Assembly: GCA_947084965.1 (NCBI GenBank)
Contig: CAMTUG010000003.1
Span: forward strand, 64,360-128,359
Direction: 5' to 3'
DNA from: an uncultured Parcubacteria group bacterium
GTDB lineage: Bacteria > Patescibacteriota > Patescibacteriia > UBA9934 > CAMTUG01
DNA: 64,000 nucleotides
Shown here: positions 37,799 to 52,000 of the stretch, piece by piece
Numbering within the stretch: the first letter of the stretch is position 1
How the letters are laid out: every line of letters starts with the position of its first letter
Translations under genes and position numbers: made by a program
The notes under the pieces: model-generated
Told to the model about the DNA's origin: nothing
Database searches by the model: none
Seen by the model: only the letters and a program-made list of their open reading frames with translations

Positions 37799-38329
37799 AT
37801 GGAATTATTCTCTATGGATCAAAATGATTTCGCGATTAAGATATTAAACGAAGCGGGCGAGGTGATCGGATCAAAGCCGCGCGCGGAGATCAATAAGAAG
37901 TCGGATATCGTCCATTGCGCGGATGTATTGATCGTGCAGGGCGGAAAGATCGTCCTCGCAAAAATTCCTGTGGACGGCAAAGCGCTGTACGGCGGGATGT
38001 GGGCGGTGCCAACCGCGACGATGGTGCGGGTCGACGAATCAGCAGAGCAAGCGGCGCACCGATCGTTGCAAAAAGAACTCGGCGTGACCGGTGCCGCGCT
38101 CGTGTTCCTTGGCGATCATTTCTTTTCCTATCCCGACGGCGTGAAGCGCCTGAAGTCCACCTTCACGACAACGTTCGCGGGGGCGCTTCATCCAAATCCA
38201 GCTGACGTGGCTGAACTTCATTCGTTTACTCGAGACGAACTCGAGTCAGCAATCCATCGAACCCCAGAGATTTTTGCTCCGACTTTTCTCGGCATTTGGG
38301 AGGTCTACCACACAGAGTTTGCCGGTTGA
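37799..38329 (+). CDS. NUDIX-family hydrolase, divergent.
   Basis: Degenerate Nudix box AEQAAHRSLQKELGV. Confidence 0.5.
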   Translation: MELFSMDQNDFAIKILNEAGEVIGSKPRAEINKKSDIVHCADVLIVQGGKIVLAKIPVDGKALYGGMWAVPTATMVRVDESAEQAAHRSLQKELGVTGAALVFLGDHFFSYPDGVKRLKSTFTTTFAGALHPNPADVAELHSFTRDELESAIHRTPEIFAPTFLGIWEVYHTEFAG

Positions 38330-38372
38330 CAACCGGCCACTTTTTTTATAGGTTCGGCCCGGGAGAAAAACC

Positions 38373-39258
38373 ATGCCTGATTACCGTGCAGAGGCTTTGA
38401 AGTTCCTGGGGGAAGAGGTGACTCGTGTTGCGCCTGTGCGCGTTGGTCGCCGTAGCGGAGACGAGGTGTCGGGGATCGCGCGAGCCGTGACGGACGCAGA
38501 AGCAGCGTTCGATCGGGAGGCGGTCGTCCGGGCCTACGACGCAATGGCCGCACTCTACCCGACCCACATCCTCGCGGACCCCCTCGAGCTACGCTGAACA
38601 GCTCGTTGTCATTTGCAGCCACCTCGAACGGCTTCGCCCCTCGCGGGTGGTCGATGCCGGATGCGGGGTCGGGATCGGTACGACCTTCCTCGCCCGGGTC
38701 TTCCCGAGGCTCTCCTTTTCCGCCTACGACTTTTCGCCAGCAGCAGTCAGGGATGCTCAGGCGAGGGCGCTCCACCACAAGCTCACGAATCTCCGGTTCA
38801 ACGTCCTTCACCACGAGGAGGCGACGGCGACGCTCGGGCTCGGGTCGGCGGACTTCGTGATCGCTCGCGGATCGATCGGGTACCTGCCCGGAAAGATCCT
38901 GCGGTTCGACAAGATGCAGGATCCGGCGCAGGAGATCACTCGCCTCATCTACGCCAACGATCCGGTGATTGCCGAGTGGTGCATGCAGATGCAGGGGGTC
39001 ACGGATCTCGTGCGTCCGGGCGGGGCGATCCTCGACATCCACGTCTGGTCTGATCCGGCCATCGTCCTTCGGCACTTCCTCTACAAGAAGCTGGGGCTCT
39101 TCCCGCAGGTGGGTGTGCGCCAGCGGATCATCGATGGCGGGGCCTACCGTGCCCTCGACCGCGCGCTGCCCGGTTGGGATCAACTCGTTCCGCTCCCGGG
39201 AGAGATCGCGGAGATTCTCCTCCGTCGTTCGGAACTCGTGAACCTCTACACACGGTAG
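38373..39258 (+). pseudogene. Class I SAM-dependent methyltransferase interrupted by a +1/-1 frameshift near 38570-38600. The listed ORFs are 38373-38597 and 38647-39258. GC is about 66%.
   Basis: The upstream frame ends ...AYDAMAALYPTHILADPLELR*. The downstream frame, read back without a stop, gives ...YAEQLVVICSHLERLRPSRVVDAGCGVGIG (motif I). Confidence 0.45.
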
Positions 39259-39300
39259 AGACCGGCGCGCGGTCAGTACTTGATCGCGCGTCTGCTGTTT

Positions 39301-39963
39301 TTATAAAGCGATCGTTTTAAAGCATCCCCAAGATGTGCGGTGAATTTCGCATGGGCCGAGAGATTTGATGCGAGATGTGTGGAGCGCTGTCCCGTACCCT
39401 TTGTGTTGATTGAATGCGTAGTCGGGAAACTGTTCATGCAGAGCGAGCATCGTGCGATCGCGAGTGACTTTAGCCAGGATCGACGCAGCGGCGATTGACT
39501 TTACGAGATGGTCACCATGAATGATCCCGCGTTGAGGAATTGCGAGATTCGGAATCGTCCAGGCGTCGACGAGGGCAAAGTCTGCTGAGGGGATCTGTTC
39601 AATCGCCCTGCGCATCGCTAAGTAGTTTGCTGGACGTAATCCGATGGTGTTGATTTCATCGACCGATGCTTCGCCAATCCCAAACGCCGTCGCTCGCGTG
39701 CAGATCAGATCAAATAACCGTTCACGTGCGCGCTCTGTTTTTGTCTTGGAATCGTCTAGTTCGCCGAGGCGGCTGGAAATGGGCAGGACGACGGCGGCAG
39801 CAACTAACGGCCCGGCGAGCGCTCCGGCGCCCGCTTCATCAACCCCAACCACAGCCAAAAAACCCTGGCTAGCCAAAGAGCGTTCACGGAAAAAGTTTGG
39901 GTATTTAGATGACATATCCCCTAGGAAAGGGGTAATTGGTAAGTGGAACGTAGAGACGCGCAT
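39301..39963 (-). CDS. rnhB: Ribonuclease HII.
   Basis: [23 protein letters not shown]. Confidence 0.8.
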   Translation of the reverse strand: MRVSTFHLPITPFLGDMSSKYPNFFRERSLASQGFLAVVGVDEAGAGALAGPLVAAAVVLPISSRLGELDDSKTKTERARERLFDLICTRATAFGIGEASVDEINTIGLRPANYLAMRRAIEQIPSADFALVDAWTIPNLAIPQRGIIHGDHLVKSIAAASILAKVTRDRTMLALHEQFPDYAFNQHKGYGTALHTSRIKSLGPCEIHRTSWGCFKTIAL

Positions 39964-40065
39964 GTCTCTGTTTACCGCTTACTCCTTACCACTTTCCCTT
40001 GCCAATCAGACTATTTCTTACTAGTATACCCCCGTCTTCAAATAACCACCGTTTTAAGTATTTCT

Positions 40066-42042
40066 ATGCAAATCGTGTATCTCGCGATCGCCGCGTCCGT
40101 GCTCGCCCTCCTGTATGGGGCGTATCTTACTCGATGGATCCTGAAGTTGCCGGCCGGGGAGGGAAAGATGATCGGAATCGCCAAAGCGATTCAGGAAGGC
40201 GCGGCCGCCTACATGGCCCGCCAGTACAAGACGATCGCTGTGATCGGCATCGTTGTTTTTGCACTTATCGGCCTCTTCCTTGATTGGAAGATCGCGGCCG
40301 GATTCGCGGTCGGTGCGATCCTTTCTTCGATCGCTGGCTTCGTCGGCATGAGCGTTTCGGTCCGTGCTAACGTGCGCACGACCGAAGCGGCTAAGGCAGG
40401 GATGAAGGAAGCGATGAAGGTCGCGGTTAAAGGAGGTGAAGTGACCGGTCTCTTCGTCGTCGGTCTCGGTTTGCTCGGTGTCGCTGGGTTTTACTGGGCG
40501 ATTGGCGGGGACGCTTCGGCTGTGCCAGCACTTATCGGACTTGGATTTGGTGGATCATTGATTTCGGTCTTCGCCCGTTTGGGGGGAGGGATTTTCACTA
40601 AAGCGGCAGACGTCGGTGCGGACTTGGTTGGAAAAGTGGAAGCCGGAATTCCAGAAGATGATCCACGCAACCCAGCCGTGATCGCCGACAACGTCGGGGA
40701 CAACGTCGGAGACTGTGCCGGAATGGCCGCGGACCTGTTTGAAACGTACGCCGTGACCTTGGTCGCTGCGATGTTTTTGGGAGCGATTACGATGGAAGCG
40801 CACATTGTCTATCCGCTCGCCTTGGGTGCCGTCGGAATCGTCGCCTCGATCCTTGGTGGGTTTTTCATCAAGCTCGGCAAATCAGAAAACATCATGGGTG
40901 CCTTGTACAAAGGTCTCGTCGCTGCTGGGGGACTTTCTCTCATCGGATTTTATTTCGTTACCGAAAAGATGCTCGCTGACATGAACTTGTTCTGGTGCAC
41001 GGTGATCGGTCTTGCCGTCACCGGGCTCCTTATCATGATCACCGAATACTACACCGGCACCCAGTACAAGCCGGTCAAAAAGTTAGCTGAAGCGTCGCAA
41101 ACAGGTCATGGCACCAACATCATCGCTGGTCTTGCCTTGTCGATGCGCGCAACCGCCCTTCCCGTGATCGCTATCGTTCTCGGGGTGCTCATCGCCTTCG
41201 CTCTTTCTGGGTTGTACGGTGTGGCCATTGCGGCCGTGGCGATGCTTTCGCTCACCGGAATCATTGTGGCGATCGATGCCTTCGGTCCGATCACGGACAA
41301 CGCCGGCGGGATTGCGGAAATGTCTGAACTTCCAGAATCTGTGCGCGATGTGACCGATCCGCTCGATGCCGTTGGCAACACTACCAAAGCGGTGACCAAA
41401 GCGTACGCCATCGGTTCGGCCGGTCTCGCCGCCCTCGTGCTCTTCGGAGACTACGTTCATGCCTTGAGCGAAGCAGGAGTCAGTGCAATTTTTGATCTCG
41501 CTGATCCAAACGTCATCGCTGGGCTATTCCTTGGTGGACTCGTCACGTATCTCTTTGCCTCGATGGGTCTTGAGTCTGTCGGTCGTGCCGCCGGTGCGGT
41601 GGTCGAAGAGGTCCGCCGTCAGTTCCGCGAAATCAAAGGGATCATGGACGGTACGGGCAAGCCAGACTACGGTCGTGCGGTCGACATCGTGACCAAAGCG
41701 GCGATCAAAGAGATGATCGCTCCGGCTTTGCTCGCGGTCCTCGCTCCGATCGTTGTCGGATTCTTGCTCGGTCCGATCGCTCTTGGTGGACTCTTGATCG
41801 GCTCGATTATCACCGGGCTCTTCGTCGCCATCTCGATGACGACTGGTGGCGGAGCCTGGGACAACGCTAAGAAGTTTATTGAAAAGGGAAACTACGGTGG
41901 CAAAGGATCGTTTGCGCACCAGGCCGCTGTGACTGGTGACACCGTCGGTGATCCATACAAAGACACCGCCGGTCCAGCGATCAACCCGATGATTAAAATC
42001 CTGAACATCGTCGCGCTTCTGATCGTCGCACTTATCGTTTAA
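40066..42042 (+). CDS. hppA: K+-insensitive or K+-stimulated H+-translocating pyrophosphatase.
   Basis: [20 protein letters not shown]; DNVGDNVGD; polytopic membrane protein. Confidence 0.85.
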   Translation: MQIVYLAIAASVLALLYGAYLTRWILKLPAGEGKMIGIAKAIQEGAAAYMARQYKTIAVIGIVVFALIGLFLDWKIAAGFAVGAILSSIAGFVGMSVSVRANVRTTEAAKAGMKEAMKVAVKGGEVTGLFVVGLGLLGVAGFYWAIGGDASAVPALIGLGFGGSLISVFARLGGGIFTKAADVGADLVGKVEAGIPEDDPRNPAVIADNVGDNVGDCAGMAADLFETYAVTLVAAMFLGAITMEAHIVYPLALGAVGIVASILGGFFIKLGKSENIMGALYKGLVAAGGLSLIGFYFVTEKMLADMNLFWCTVIGLAVTGLLIMITEYYTGTQYKPVKKLAEASQTGHGTNIIAGLALSMRATALPVIAIVLGVLIAFALSGLYGVAIAAVAMLSLTGIIVAIDAFGPITDNAGGIAEMSELPESVRDVTDPLDAVGNTTKAVTKAYAIGSAGLAALVLFGDYVHALSEAGVSAIFDLADPNVIAGLFLGGLVTYLFASMGLESVGRAAGAVVEEVRRQFREIKGIMDGTGKPDYGRAVDIVTKAAIKEMIAPALLAVLAPIVVGFLLGPIALGGLLIGSIITGLFVAISMTTGGGAWDNAKKFIEKGNYGGKGSFAHQAAVTGDTVGDPYKDTAGPAINPMIKILNIVALLIVALIV

Positions 42043-42165
42043 ACAGATTCGATGCACTTAGCGGGGCCTCCGGGCCCCGCTTTGTGTTGGGATGAAGCGG
42101 ACACCCTCTCGTAGTGGCTATCGAGCCTGCCAAGATCACGGACCACTTCCGGGCCGGCTTTCATT

Positions 42166-44517
42166 TCACCCTTTGCCGATCGCTCCCCGCGCATCCAAGA
42201 TTCCTTGCAAGCGCGCGTTCAAGTCTGCCATCTGTTTTTTGAGAATCTCATTTTCGTGCGACTCCTCGGCGAGCTGTCCCTCGAGGCGAGTAATACGTTC
42301 GCGCAAATGTCCTTCGCGCACGAAACTTTCGATGACGAGATCAGTGATTTCGCGCTGGTCCTTATTCGCTTCTTGCTTTGCCTCAATCTTTTGACTCACA
42401 AATTCGCGCAGGTCTACCCGCCCTGCTTTTACCTGTTCGTGGAGGGTGATGAGTTCTTCCACGTTCATTCCGAACACCGCTTTTTTTGAATACTTCACGA
42501 GCATCTCGGTTTGCGCTCTCTCGATGGAATGTGTTTGCTGGAAGGCCGGTTCCGCCAGTTTCGAAAAGAGGAAATCAAACCGGGTGAACGCTTTATCTGC
42601 CGTGATACTCAGGTCGGCCAGTTTGGTTTGAATATCGACGAGCTGATCGATGCGATACCTCTCATCGCTTTCGAATTTTGTTTTGTCGACGACTCCGAGC
42701 CTGATCAGCTCTGCAATCACGTTTTGACTGTCGGTGCGGTCGGCTGACCCGGTGTTGAATTGCAAAGCCTCTGGTCGATAGAGGTCGGTCGACTTTTCTG
42801 ATCGCTCGATTCCACCCCGGGCGCGGCGCACCGTTTCGACCGCTTCAGAGAGCGTCTGTTCTTCCTGTTCTGTCCCGTTAAATAAAATCGTAAACTCGTC
42901 GCCGGCGTAGCGGTACGCCTGGGCCCGCCCCTCGAGTCCTGCACGTTTGATCGCCTCTTCCATCAACTCCGCCGCATTCTGAATGGCAACGTTACCGACC
43001 TCGCGTCCGCCTTGCTGATTGAAGTATTTCAAAAATGCCAAGTCAATGAAGAACATGCGGACTTCGCCCCCGTTTTTTTCTGCTTCACGGTGCATCTCTT
43101 TGATGCGGCCATAGAACTCCCCGCGGTTGGGCAGACCGGTCAGGCGGTCGTATCTGTTTTGCTCAACGCGGAACTTGCGCTCCACAAGTCCGAGCGCTTT
43201 TTGCACCTCAGCTGGGTTTTGATAATCAACAACTACTCCTTTTGGAAGTTCTCCGTAGCGTTCGACGACCTGTCGCGCTTTGTCTGTTTGTGTCGGATCC
43301 GTCGTTGCAGATTCCAGCTGACGTTTAAAGGCATTCAGTTCGTTGTTCCCTTGGGTGCGCGCCTGGCGCTTGGCAAGTTCAGCCGACGAAACGGTCGGGA
43401 GTTCTTTGAGCTTGGCGCGTTCTGTTTCGCTAAAGCGTTCTGGCAAGGTAAGTTCACGGCCTACGACCGCATCGAGCATTGCCCCTTCGGCTGCGTCGGC
43501 GGTTTGGCGCTCACGGGCAAATTGATCGACGACCAGCGCGAACGCAATGTCAGCCGCCTTGTTTTCAAATCTTTCGCGTGATTCAGTGGGATCGAAGTCT
43601 TCAAAGTTGGCAAGCGCGGTCCCTTCGAACCCTTTGGCAATATACTTTGCGAAAAACGGCTCAGCCTCAGCATCTCCCCGCGCTTTTTTCTCAAAGACCC
43701 GTGTCGCATTGGTGAGAAGGCGAGAAACTTCTGATTGAAACTCCGGGGCACGCTTGGTGATGTCAATCAGCATGCGCGTAGCGTCTTTGCCGGCAACACG
43801 GTGGTCAGGGGCTAGGTGGCTTTGAATGCGGTTGAACATCTCGATCGCTCGATCTTGGCGAATTGACACCGCGGTCAACGGCGGGCGTTCCTTTCCTTTA
43901 ACGACTTCAGGCGCTCCGTCGATGACTTTCTGTGTGATCTGTTCAGCTATGCGATCGCTTTCAGACCCTCCGGTGGGTGTTTTAAGCCGGACGATGAAGT
44001 CGCTTCCGCGCAGGCGATAGATATCATAGGCGGCAGAGAGCGCATCCGGCTCCGTGATGCCCGCGTCGAGCAGTCGGTTGCGCACAGCCTGTTCAACGGC
44101 CTTTACCGTTTCAGAGAGCGCCTTGTTTCCTGCTTCGTGTCCTCCTTCGTCGTTGATGCGATCAAGTTCGGTGATGGAAATCATGAACACGTGTGAGCGC
44201 TCATCTTGTTCTGTCGGAATGAGCACACCGTGTGCGTTGAGTTCGAGCCCCCCGTCGCGTTCCTCAAGGGCACGGGCGAGGTCAGCGCCTAGGCGTTCGG
44301 ATTTATACGCTCCGGCATTGTCGTGCTCCCCGCCGAATTCACGCAGCTGTTCTTCGGCATCAAGAACGTCAAGGGCGCTCAGTTCCCCGGCAGCGTGTTG
44401 TCGGCGCGCTTCGGCCAGGTTGGCCTGCAGCGCTTCGAGACGCCCGGTAAATTTCGGACCTTGATATTCAATGCCGGTGAAAAAGTCTTCCTCTATTCCA
44501 GATTCATTCTCCATCAT
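42166..44517 (-). CDS. Cytoplasmic coiled-coil protein with two degenerate GGDEF-like domains (diguanylate-cyclase fold).
   Basis: DRLTGLPNRGEF ... RYAGDEF; an earlier copy has RLRGSDF. Confidence 0.6.
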   Translation of the reverse strand: MMENESGIEEDFFTGIEYQGPKFTGRLEALQANLAEARRQHAAGELSALDVLDAEEQLREFGGEHDNAGAYKSERLGADLARALEERDGGLELNAHGVLIPTEQDERSHVFMISITELDRINDEGGHEAGNKALSETVKAVEQAVRNRLLDAGITEPDALSAAYDIYRLRGSDFIVRLKTPTGGSESDRIAEQITQKVIDGAPEVVKGKERPPLTAVSIRQDRAIEMFNRIQSHLAPDHRVAGKDATRMLIDITKRAPEFQSEVSRLLTNATRVFEKKARGDAEAEPFFAKYIAKGFEGTALANFEDFDPTESRERFENKAADIAFALVVDQFARERQTADAAEGAMLDAVVGRELTLPERFSETERAKLKELPTVSSAELAKRQARTQGNNELNAFKRQLESATTDPTQTDKARQVVERYGELPKGVVVDYQNPAEVQKALGLVERKFRVEQNRYDRLTGLPNRGEFYGRIKEMHREAEKNGGEVRMFFIDLAFLKYFNQQGGREVGNVAIQNAAELMEEAIKRAGLEGRAQAYRYAGDEFTILFNGTEQEEQTLSEAVETVRRARGGIERSEKSTDLYRPEALQFNTGSADRTDSQNVIAELIRLGVVDKTKFESDERYRIDQLVDIQTKLADLSITADKAFTRFDFLFSKLAEPAFQQTHSIERAQTEMLVKYSKKAVFGMNVEELITLHEQVKAGRVDLREFVSQKIEAKQEANKDQREITDLVIESFVREGHLRERITRLEGQLAEESHENEILKKQMADLNARLQGILDARGAIGKG

Positions 44518-44571
44518 AGTGCTCACATAGTACCGTAAATGCGAAGAGGAGCACACCGTCTTGTGTACTCC

Positions 44572-44802
44572 TCATTTGGGGACGATCCTGTTGATCGCGG
44601 ATGGGGTGTTGCGCACCGGGAAGGTGCGCTCGAGGACTTCCAGAGCTGCCTCGCCTTCTGTCTGCGACATCTGCCGCCAGTTCTCGACATGCACCTCGCG
44701 TCCGAGTCGCCGTGTAATGGTGTTGAACGCGGCTTGTGGCGCCCCGCACCGCTTGGCGGAGAAGATGATCGCCTGGATGGCTGTAAGGGTCTGTTCGTTC
44801 AT
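44572..44802 (-). CDS. Small hypothetical protein of 76 aa.
   Basis: ORF track. Its composition looks plausible. Confidence 0.3.
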   Translation of the reverse strand: MNEQTLTAIQAIIFSAKRCGAPQAAFNTITRRLGREVHVENWRQMSQTEGEAALEVLERTFPVRNTPSAINRIVPK

Positions 44803-44920
44803 AGGACTCCTTTGGCTGGGAGGCGATAAGATCCTCCTGACAACGACTCAAGCTAGCAAGACCATCGCTGTCCGTCAAGCGGTTGACGCTCCGGGGGTTT
44901 TTGGTTAATCTTCCGACACT

Positions 44921-46210
44921 ATGGCAACTATTAAACGCGAAGATGTAAAGGACCGGAGCGTGAAATTAACGATCGAAGTGCCGCTTTCCGAGATGCAACC
45001 GTTCTTGGACGAAGCCGCGAAGAAGATTTCCGAGGTGGCGACGATCCCGGGATTTCGCCCGGGGCACGCCTCGTATGAAGCGGTCAAAGGAAATGTTGGG
45101 GAGATGAAGATTTACGAAGAAGCGCTCGAGGGCATTGTGCGCAAGACGTATGTGGAAGCGATTGAGAGCGAAAAACTCGAGTCGGTCGGTGCGCCAGAAA
45201 TCAATGTTGAAAAAATGGCTCCCGGGAACGCCTTGGTGTACACGGCCACAGTTGGGTTGATGCCGACCGTTGAGAAGCTCGCCGACTTCACCACGTTGAA
45301 GGTCGAGAAAAAGGATGTCTCGATGCAGCCATCAGATTTGGAAGGGGCGTTGAAGGAACTGCAAAAGATGCAGACCAAAGAGGTGCGCGCTAAAGCCGAC
45401 GAAGCCGCGACCAAAGCAGACAAAGCGGTCGTTGACATGCACATGTTCCACCAGAAGGTGGCGCTTGAAGGCGGCGACGCGCACGGCTACCACGTCTTCT
45501 TGAACGAACCACATTACATCCCGGGATTTAGCGAGCAGTTGGTTGGGATGAAGGAAGGGGAAGAAAAGAAGTTTGCTTTGCCGTTCCCTAAAGACCATTA
45601 CCAAAAGCATTTGGCTGGTAAAGATGTGGACTTTGAAGTGAAGCTGGCCGAACTGTATCACCTTGATCACCCAGATCTGGATGATGCGTTCGGTGTTTCT
45701 CTTGGATTCAAAAATTTGGCCGAGTTGAAAGATCGTTTGCAGACGAATATCCAGGATGAAAAGTTGACCGAAGAAAATATGCGCTTGGAGCGCGCGGTGC
45801 TGGATGCGGTTGCTGACGGCTCGCGCTTCAGCGAAATTCCGGAGTTGTTGGTCAATGACGAAGTGAATAAAATGGTGCACGAGATTGAACATAATGTGAC
45901 CGAACAAGGGATGGACTTCAACCAGTACTTGAAGTCGATCAACAAAACAATCGGCCAGCTGAAGATGGATTTTGTTCCGCAGGCGATTCAGCGCATCAAA
46001 GTGATGCTCGTCTTGCGTGAAGTGGCCAAGCAGCAGAACGTGACGGTCGATCCAAAGGATCTCGATCACGAAATCGACACTGTTGCCGCACGCTACGAAG
46101 ACAAGGAATCAAAAGATCGGATCTACTCTCCGATGTACCGCGAATATATGGAGGGTGTCATGCGCAATAAGAAGGTCGTTGACCTGTTGAAAGCAGCGAT
46201 GGTCAAGTAG
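44921..46210 (+). CDS. tig: Trigger factor.
   Basis: Ribosome-binding N-terminus GFRPGH, PPIase-like middle domain, and C-terminal domain. Confidence 0.85.
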   Translation: MATIKREDVKDRSVKLTIEVPLSEMQPFLDEAAKKISEVATIPGFRPGHASYEAVKGNVGEMKIYEEALEGIVRKTYVEAIESEKLESVGAPEINVEKMAPGNALVYTATVGLMPTVEKLADFTTLKVEKKDVSMQPSDLEGALKELQKMQTKEVRAKADEAATKADKAVVDMHMFHQKVALEGGDAHGYHVFLNEPHYIPGFSEQLVGMKEGEEKKFALPFPKDHYQKHLAGKDVDFEVKLAELYHLDHPDLDDAFGVSLGFKNLAELKDRLQTNIQDEKLTEENMRLERAVLDAVADGSRFSEIPELLVNDEVNKMVHEIEHNVTEQGMDFNQYLKSINKTIGQLKMDFVPQAIQRIKVMLVLREVAKQQNVTVDPKDLDHEIDTVAARYEDKESKDRIYSPMYREYMEGVMRNKKVVDLLKAAMVK

Positions 46211-46298
46211 ACAAAAGCAAGGAGAAAGGAGAAAATGGTGAGCGGAGACGCAAAGAGTGTCTCCGCTTTCTGATTACGGCTAACTGATTTCTAGCATT

Positions 46299-47138
46299 AT
46301 GCGTTTTGGAGCTCATGTCAGTGCGGCCGGAGGATTATTTAACGCCCCAGTGAACGGGGGTAATTTAGGGTGCGAAGTGATCCAGATTTTTTCGCGCCCG
46401 CCTCAATCTTGGGCGGTGAAGCCGATCAGCGACGAAGATGCGGCCAAGTATCGTGCAGCGACCAAGGAGTATAAGATCGAGGCGACGTATATTCATGCGC
46501 CGTACTTGATTAATCTTGCGAGCTCGACTCCGCGCACGCGCCACGGATCGGTGACGATGTTGCGACAAGAATTAGAACGCGGGTCGCAGATCGGCGCCAA
46601 GGCGATGATGTTTCACCCGGGATCAGCCAAAGATGTTGGACAAGAAGCGGGCGTCAAAATGGTGATCGAAGGACTGAATCGCATCATGGATAAGTACGAT
46701 GGATCCTGTCAGTTGTTGATTGAGATCTCCGCCGGTGCAGGAGCAGTGATGGGTGACAGCTTTGAAGAGATCGCCGCGTTCATCGACGGCGCGGAGCGCG
46801 GAAAAGAGATTGGGGTCTGTTTTGACACCCAACACGCCTTTGCTTCCGGTTATGACCTGCGCACCAAAGCGGACGTGGATGCGACATTTAAAAAGTTCGA
46901 TAAGTTGATCGGGCTCAAAAAGCTCGTCGCTTCACATTGTAATGATTCAAAGATTGAACTGGGCGGGCACAAAGATCGCCATGAACATTTGGGTGATGGA
47001 TTTATTGGGCTCAAAGGATTCGAAGCGATCGTTGCGCACCCCAAACTCCAGCATATCGACTTGATTCTCGAAACGCCAATCGACGACGGAGTCAAAAAAG
47101 ATTTGGCCTTCCTGAAAAAGTTTCGTGGTAAGAAATAA
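46299..47138 (+). CDS. nfo: Endonuclease IV (AP endonuclease, TIM barrel).
   Basis: MRFGAHVS...IHAPYLINLAS...HCNDSK. Confidence 0.85.
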   Translation: MRFGAHVSAAGGLFNAPVNGGNLGCEVIQIFSRPPQSWAVKPISDEDAAKYRAATKEYKIEATYIHAPYLINLASSTPRTRHGSVTMLRQELERGSQIGAKAMMFHPGSAKDVGQEAGVKMVIEGLNRIMDKYDGSCQLLIEISAGAGAVMGDSFEEIAAFIDGAERGKEIGVCFDTQHAFASGYDLRTKADVDATFKKFDKLIGLKKLVASHCNDSKIELGGHKDRHEHLGDGFIGLKGFEAIVAHPKLQHIDLILETPIDDGVKKDLAFLKKFRGKK

Positions 47139-47556
47139 TATGGATCCGAAAATTTCTGAACAACGTCCAAAAGTAGGTCTTGCGGTTATTGTCCGTCGTG
47201 AAGGGAAATACTTGCTCGGAAAACGCATTAACTCTCATGGGCATCAGACCTGGTGTATGCCTGGAGGTCATCTGGAGTTCGGTGAGTCATTTGAAGAAAC
47301 AGCCAGACGTGAAGCAATGGAAGAGGCAGGGGTCGCATTAATCGATGTAAAGTTTCTTCACGCAACGAATGACATCTTTGAACCAGAAGGGAAACACTAC
47401 GTCACTATTTTTATGAGCGCCTTGACGACGGATGATCCAGAAGTGCGTGAGCCGGATAAGATGATCGAATGGGGATGGTTTTCTTGGGATGCTTTGCCGG
47501 AGCCACTATTTTTACCGATCGTAAATTTGATGCGCGATCAGATTCGTCCGGAATAG
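47125..47556 (+). CDS. NUDIX hydrolase (MutT-like).
   Basis: Nudix box GGHLEFGESFEETARREAMEEAGV. Confidence 0.7.
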   Translation: MVRNNMDPKISEQRPKVGLAVIVRREGKYLLGKRINSHGHQTWCMPGGHLEFGESFEETARREAMEEAGVALIDVKFLHATNDIFEPEGKHYVTIFMSALTTDDPEVREPDKMIEWGWFSWDALPEPLFLPIVNLMRDQIRPE

Positions 47557-47564
47557 TTTTAATT

Positions 47565-47789
47565 ATGCTCCTCACCGTTCATGTTCAACCGAACGCTAAG
47601 AAGGCAGAGATTGTTAAATGGCTTGATGAAGACACGGTAAAGATCAAAATCTCTGCACCAGCGGTTGATGGCAAGGCAAACGCAGCTTTAGTGGATTTAC
47701 TTGCAGATTATTACGACATACCACGCTCCAGCGTTCAGATCGTCCGCGGCCTAACGGCAAGGATGAAGCAGGTGGAAATTCGGAAATAA
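47565..47789 (+). CDS. DUF167/YggU-family protein.
   Basis: MLLTVHVQPNAKKAEIV...DGKANAALVDLLA. Confidence 0.55.
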   Translation: MLLTVHVQPNAKKAEIVKWLDEDTVKIKISAPAVDGKANAALVDLLADYYDIPRSSVQIVRGLTARMKQVEIRK

Positions 47790-47948
47790 AAAATCCCCTT
47801 GCGGGGGCTGCGAGAGACGCGATGTTACGAGGTCGAGTATATCTGTTGCAAGTGCGAGGAGAGAGATTTTGCTCACCCGAAGGCAAGCGAGCTCTTGCGG
47901 GACATATCCGACACCATCGGACTCTCACAGCCCTCGGGAGGGGATCTT

Positions 47949-48072
47949 GTGGATTTCCCAAAATCGCGATCTGCTCGGGCTTCGGCTTCGCTCCGGCTCA
48001 CCGTAGATTTGACTACGCCTCGCCGTCGCTTGCCTCCAGCCCTTCGCATCTCATCGATTTTTTGAAATCCAC
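47949..48072. repeat. Conserved ~89-nt element, copy B, enclosed by an 18-bp inverted repeat (16/18 pairs).
   Basis: Arms GTGGATTTCCCAAAATCG / CGATTTTTTGAAATCCAC. The core is 80-85% identical to copies A and C. Confidence 0.7.
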
Positions 48073-48250
48073 TCGGACTAGGATCTCATTATAAGTTGGC
48101 AATTCGGTCCTGACAAGCTCCTTGGAAGGTTGGAGAAAGAGAAATTGGACAGTGGGTAGAAACCGTATCCAACCAGAGAAGCGATCGGTGCGAAGAAAGC
48201 CGGAGCCTTGTTTGCATCAATCTGTTCCCCCTCTCTCCCTCCAACCTTAC

Positions 48251-48376
48251 AAGGAACGTCTGAAAATGGCGACCTGCTCGTGCTTCGGCATCACTCCGGC
48301 TCACCGTAGGGTTCGCTACGCCTCGCCGTCGTTCGCCTCCAGCCCTTCGCATCTCATCCATTTTCAGAAGTTCCTT
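48251..48376. repeat. Conserved ~89-nt element, copy C, enclosed by a 19-bp inverted repeat (18/19 pairs).
   Basis: Arms AAGGAACGTCTGAAAATGG / CCATTTTCAGAAGTTCCTT. Confidence 0.7.
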
Positions 48377-48572
48377 CCGTTTAAGGAACAGACGTGATGC
48401 CAACAAAAAACGAGCGGGGTTCTCCATAATTCCGGTTCGGAGAGCTCCCCAGCTCGTCAGGCAACGGAGCAAGATACCAGAAAACGGTGATTTTGTCAAT
48501 GGGGTCAGTTTGTGCGAAAGTAAGCCAAAATCCAAGATTTTCTTGACAAATTTCCTCAAAGTGACCCTGAGC

Positions 48573-48601
48573 TTGACATCGGTTTTGGCCGGTGGTACTA
48601 T
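48573..48601 (+). promoter_or_regulatory. Putative rpoB promoter TTGACA-17-TACTAT.
   Basis: Read directly from the sequence. Confidence 0.5.
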
Positions 48602-48673
48602 CACAGCGCTTTTTTTCGCTAACTCCTCGGTGTGATCCATGAGCTGGCGGCCGTTACAATCAAATAAATTCAG

Positions 48674-48713
48674 CGCCTTACCCCACCACTGCAATGGTGG
48701 GTAGGGCGTTTTT
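48674..48713 (+). terminator. Intrinsic-terminator-like hairpin plus T-run, 12 nt upstream of the rpoB ATG. A candidate attenuator.
   Basis: CGCCTTAcCCCACCACtgcaaTGGTGGGtAGGGCG followed by TTTTT. Confidence 0.55.
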
Positions 48714-48724
48714 GCATCTTTATT

Positions 48725-51979
<3,255 letters not shown>

Positions 51980-52000
51980 TCTTCATACAGATCAAACATT

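Noticed and set aside
38305-39183. Minus-strand 292-aa ORF antisense to the methyltransferase.
   Set aside because: Arg/Pro-rich antisense shadow. The + strand shows the methyltransferase motif I.
48089-48694. Minus-strand 201-aa ORF in the rpoB leader, and + strand ORFs 47822-48094 and 48122-48397.
   Set aside because: They are translations across the repeated non-coding element (the same peptide strings appear in each copy) and lack start context. The region is better explained as non-coding.
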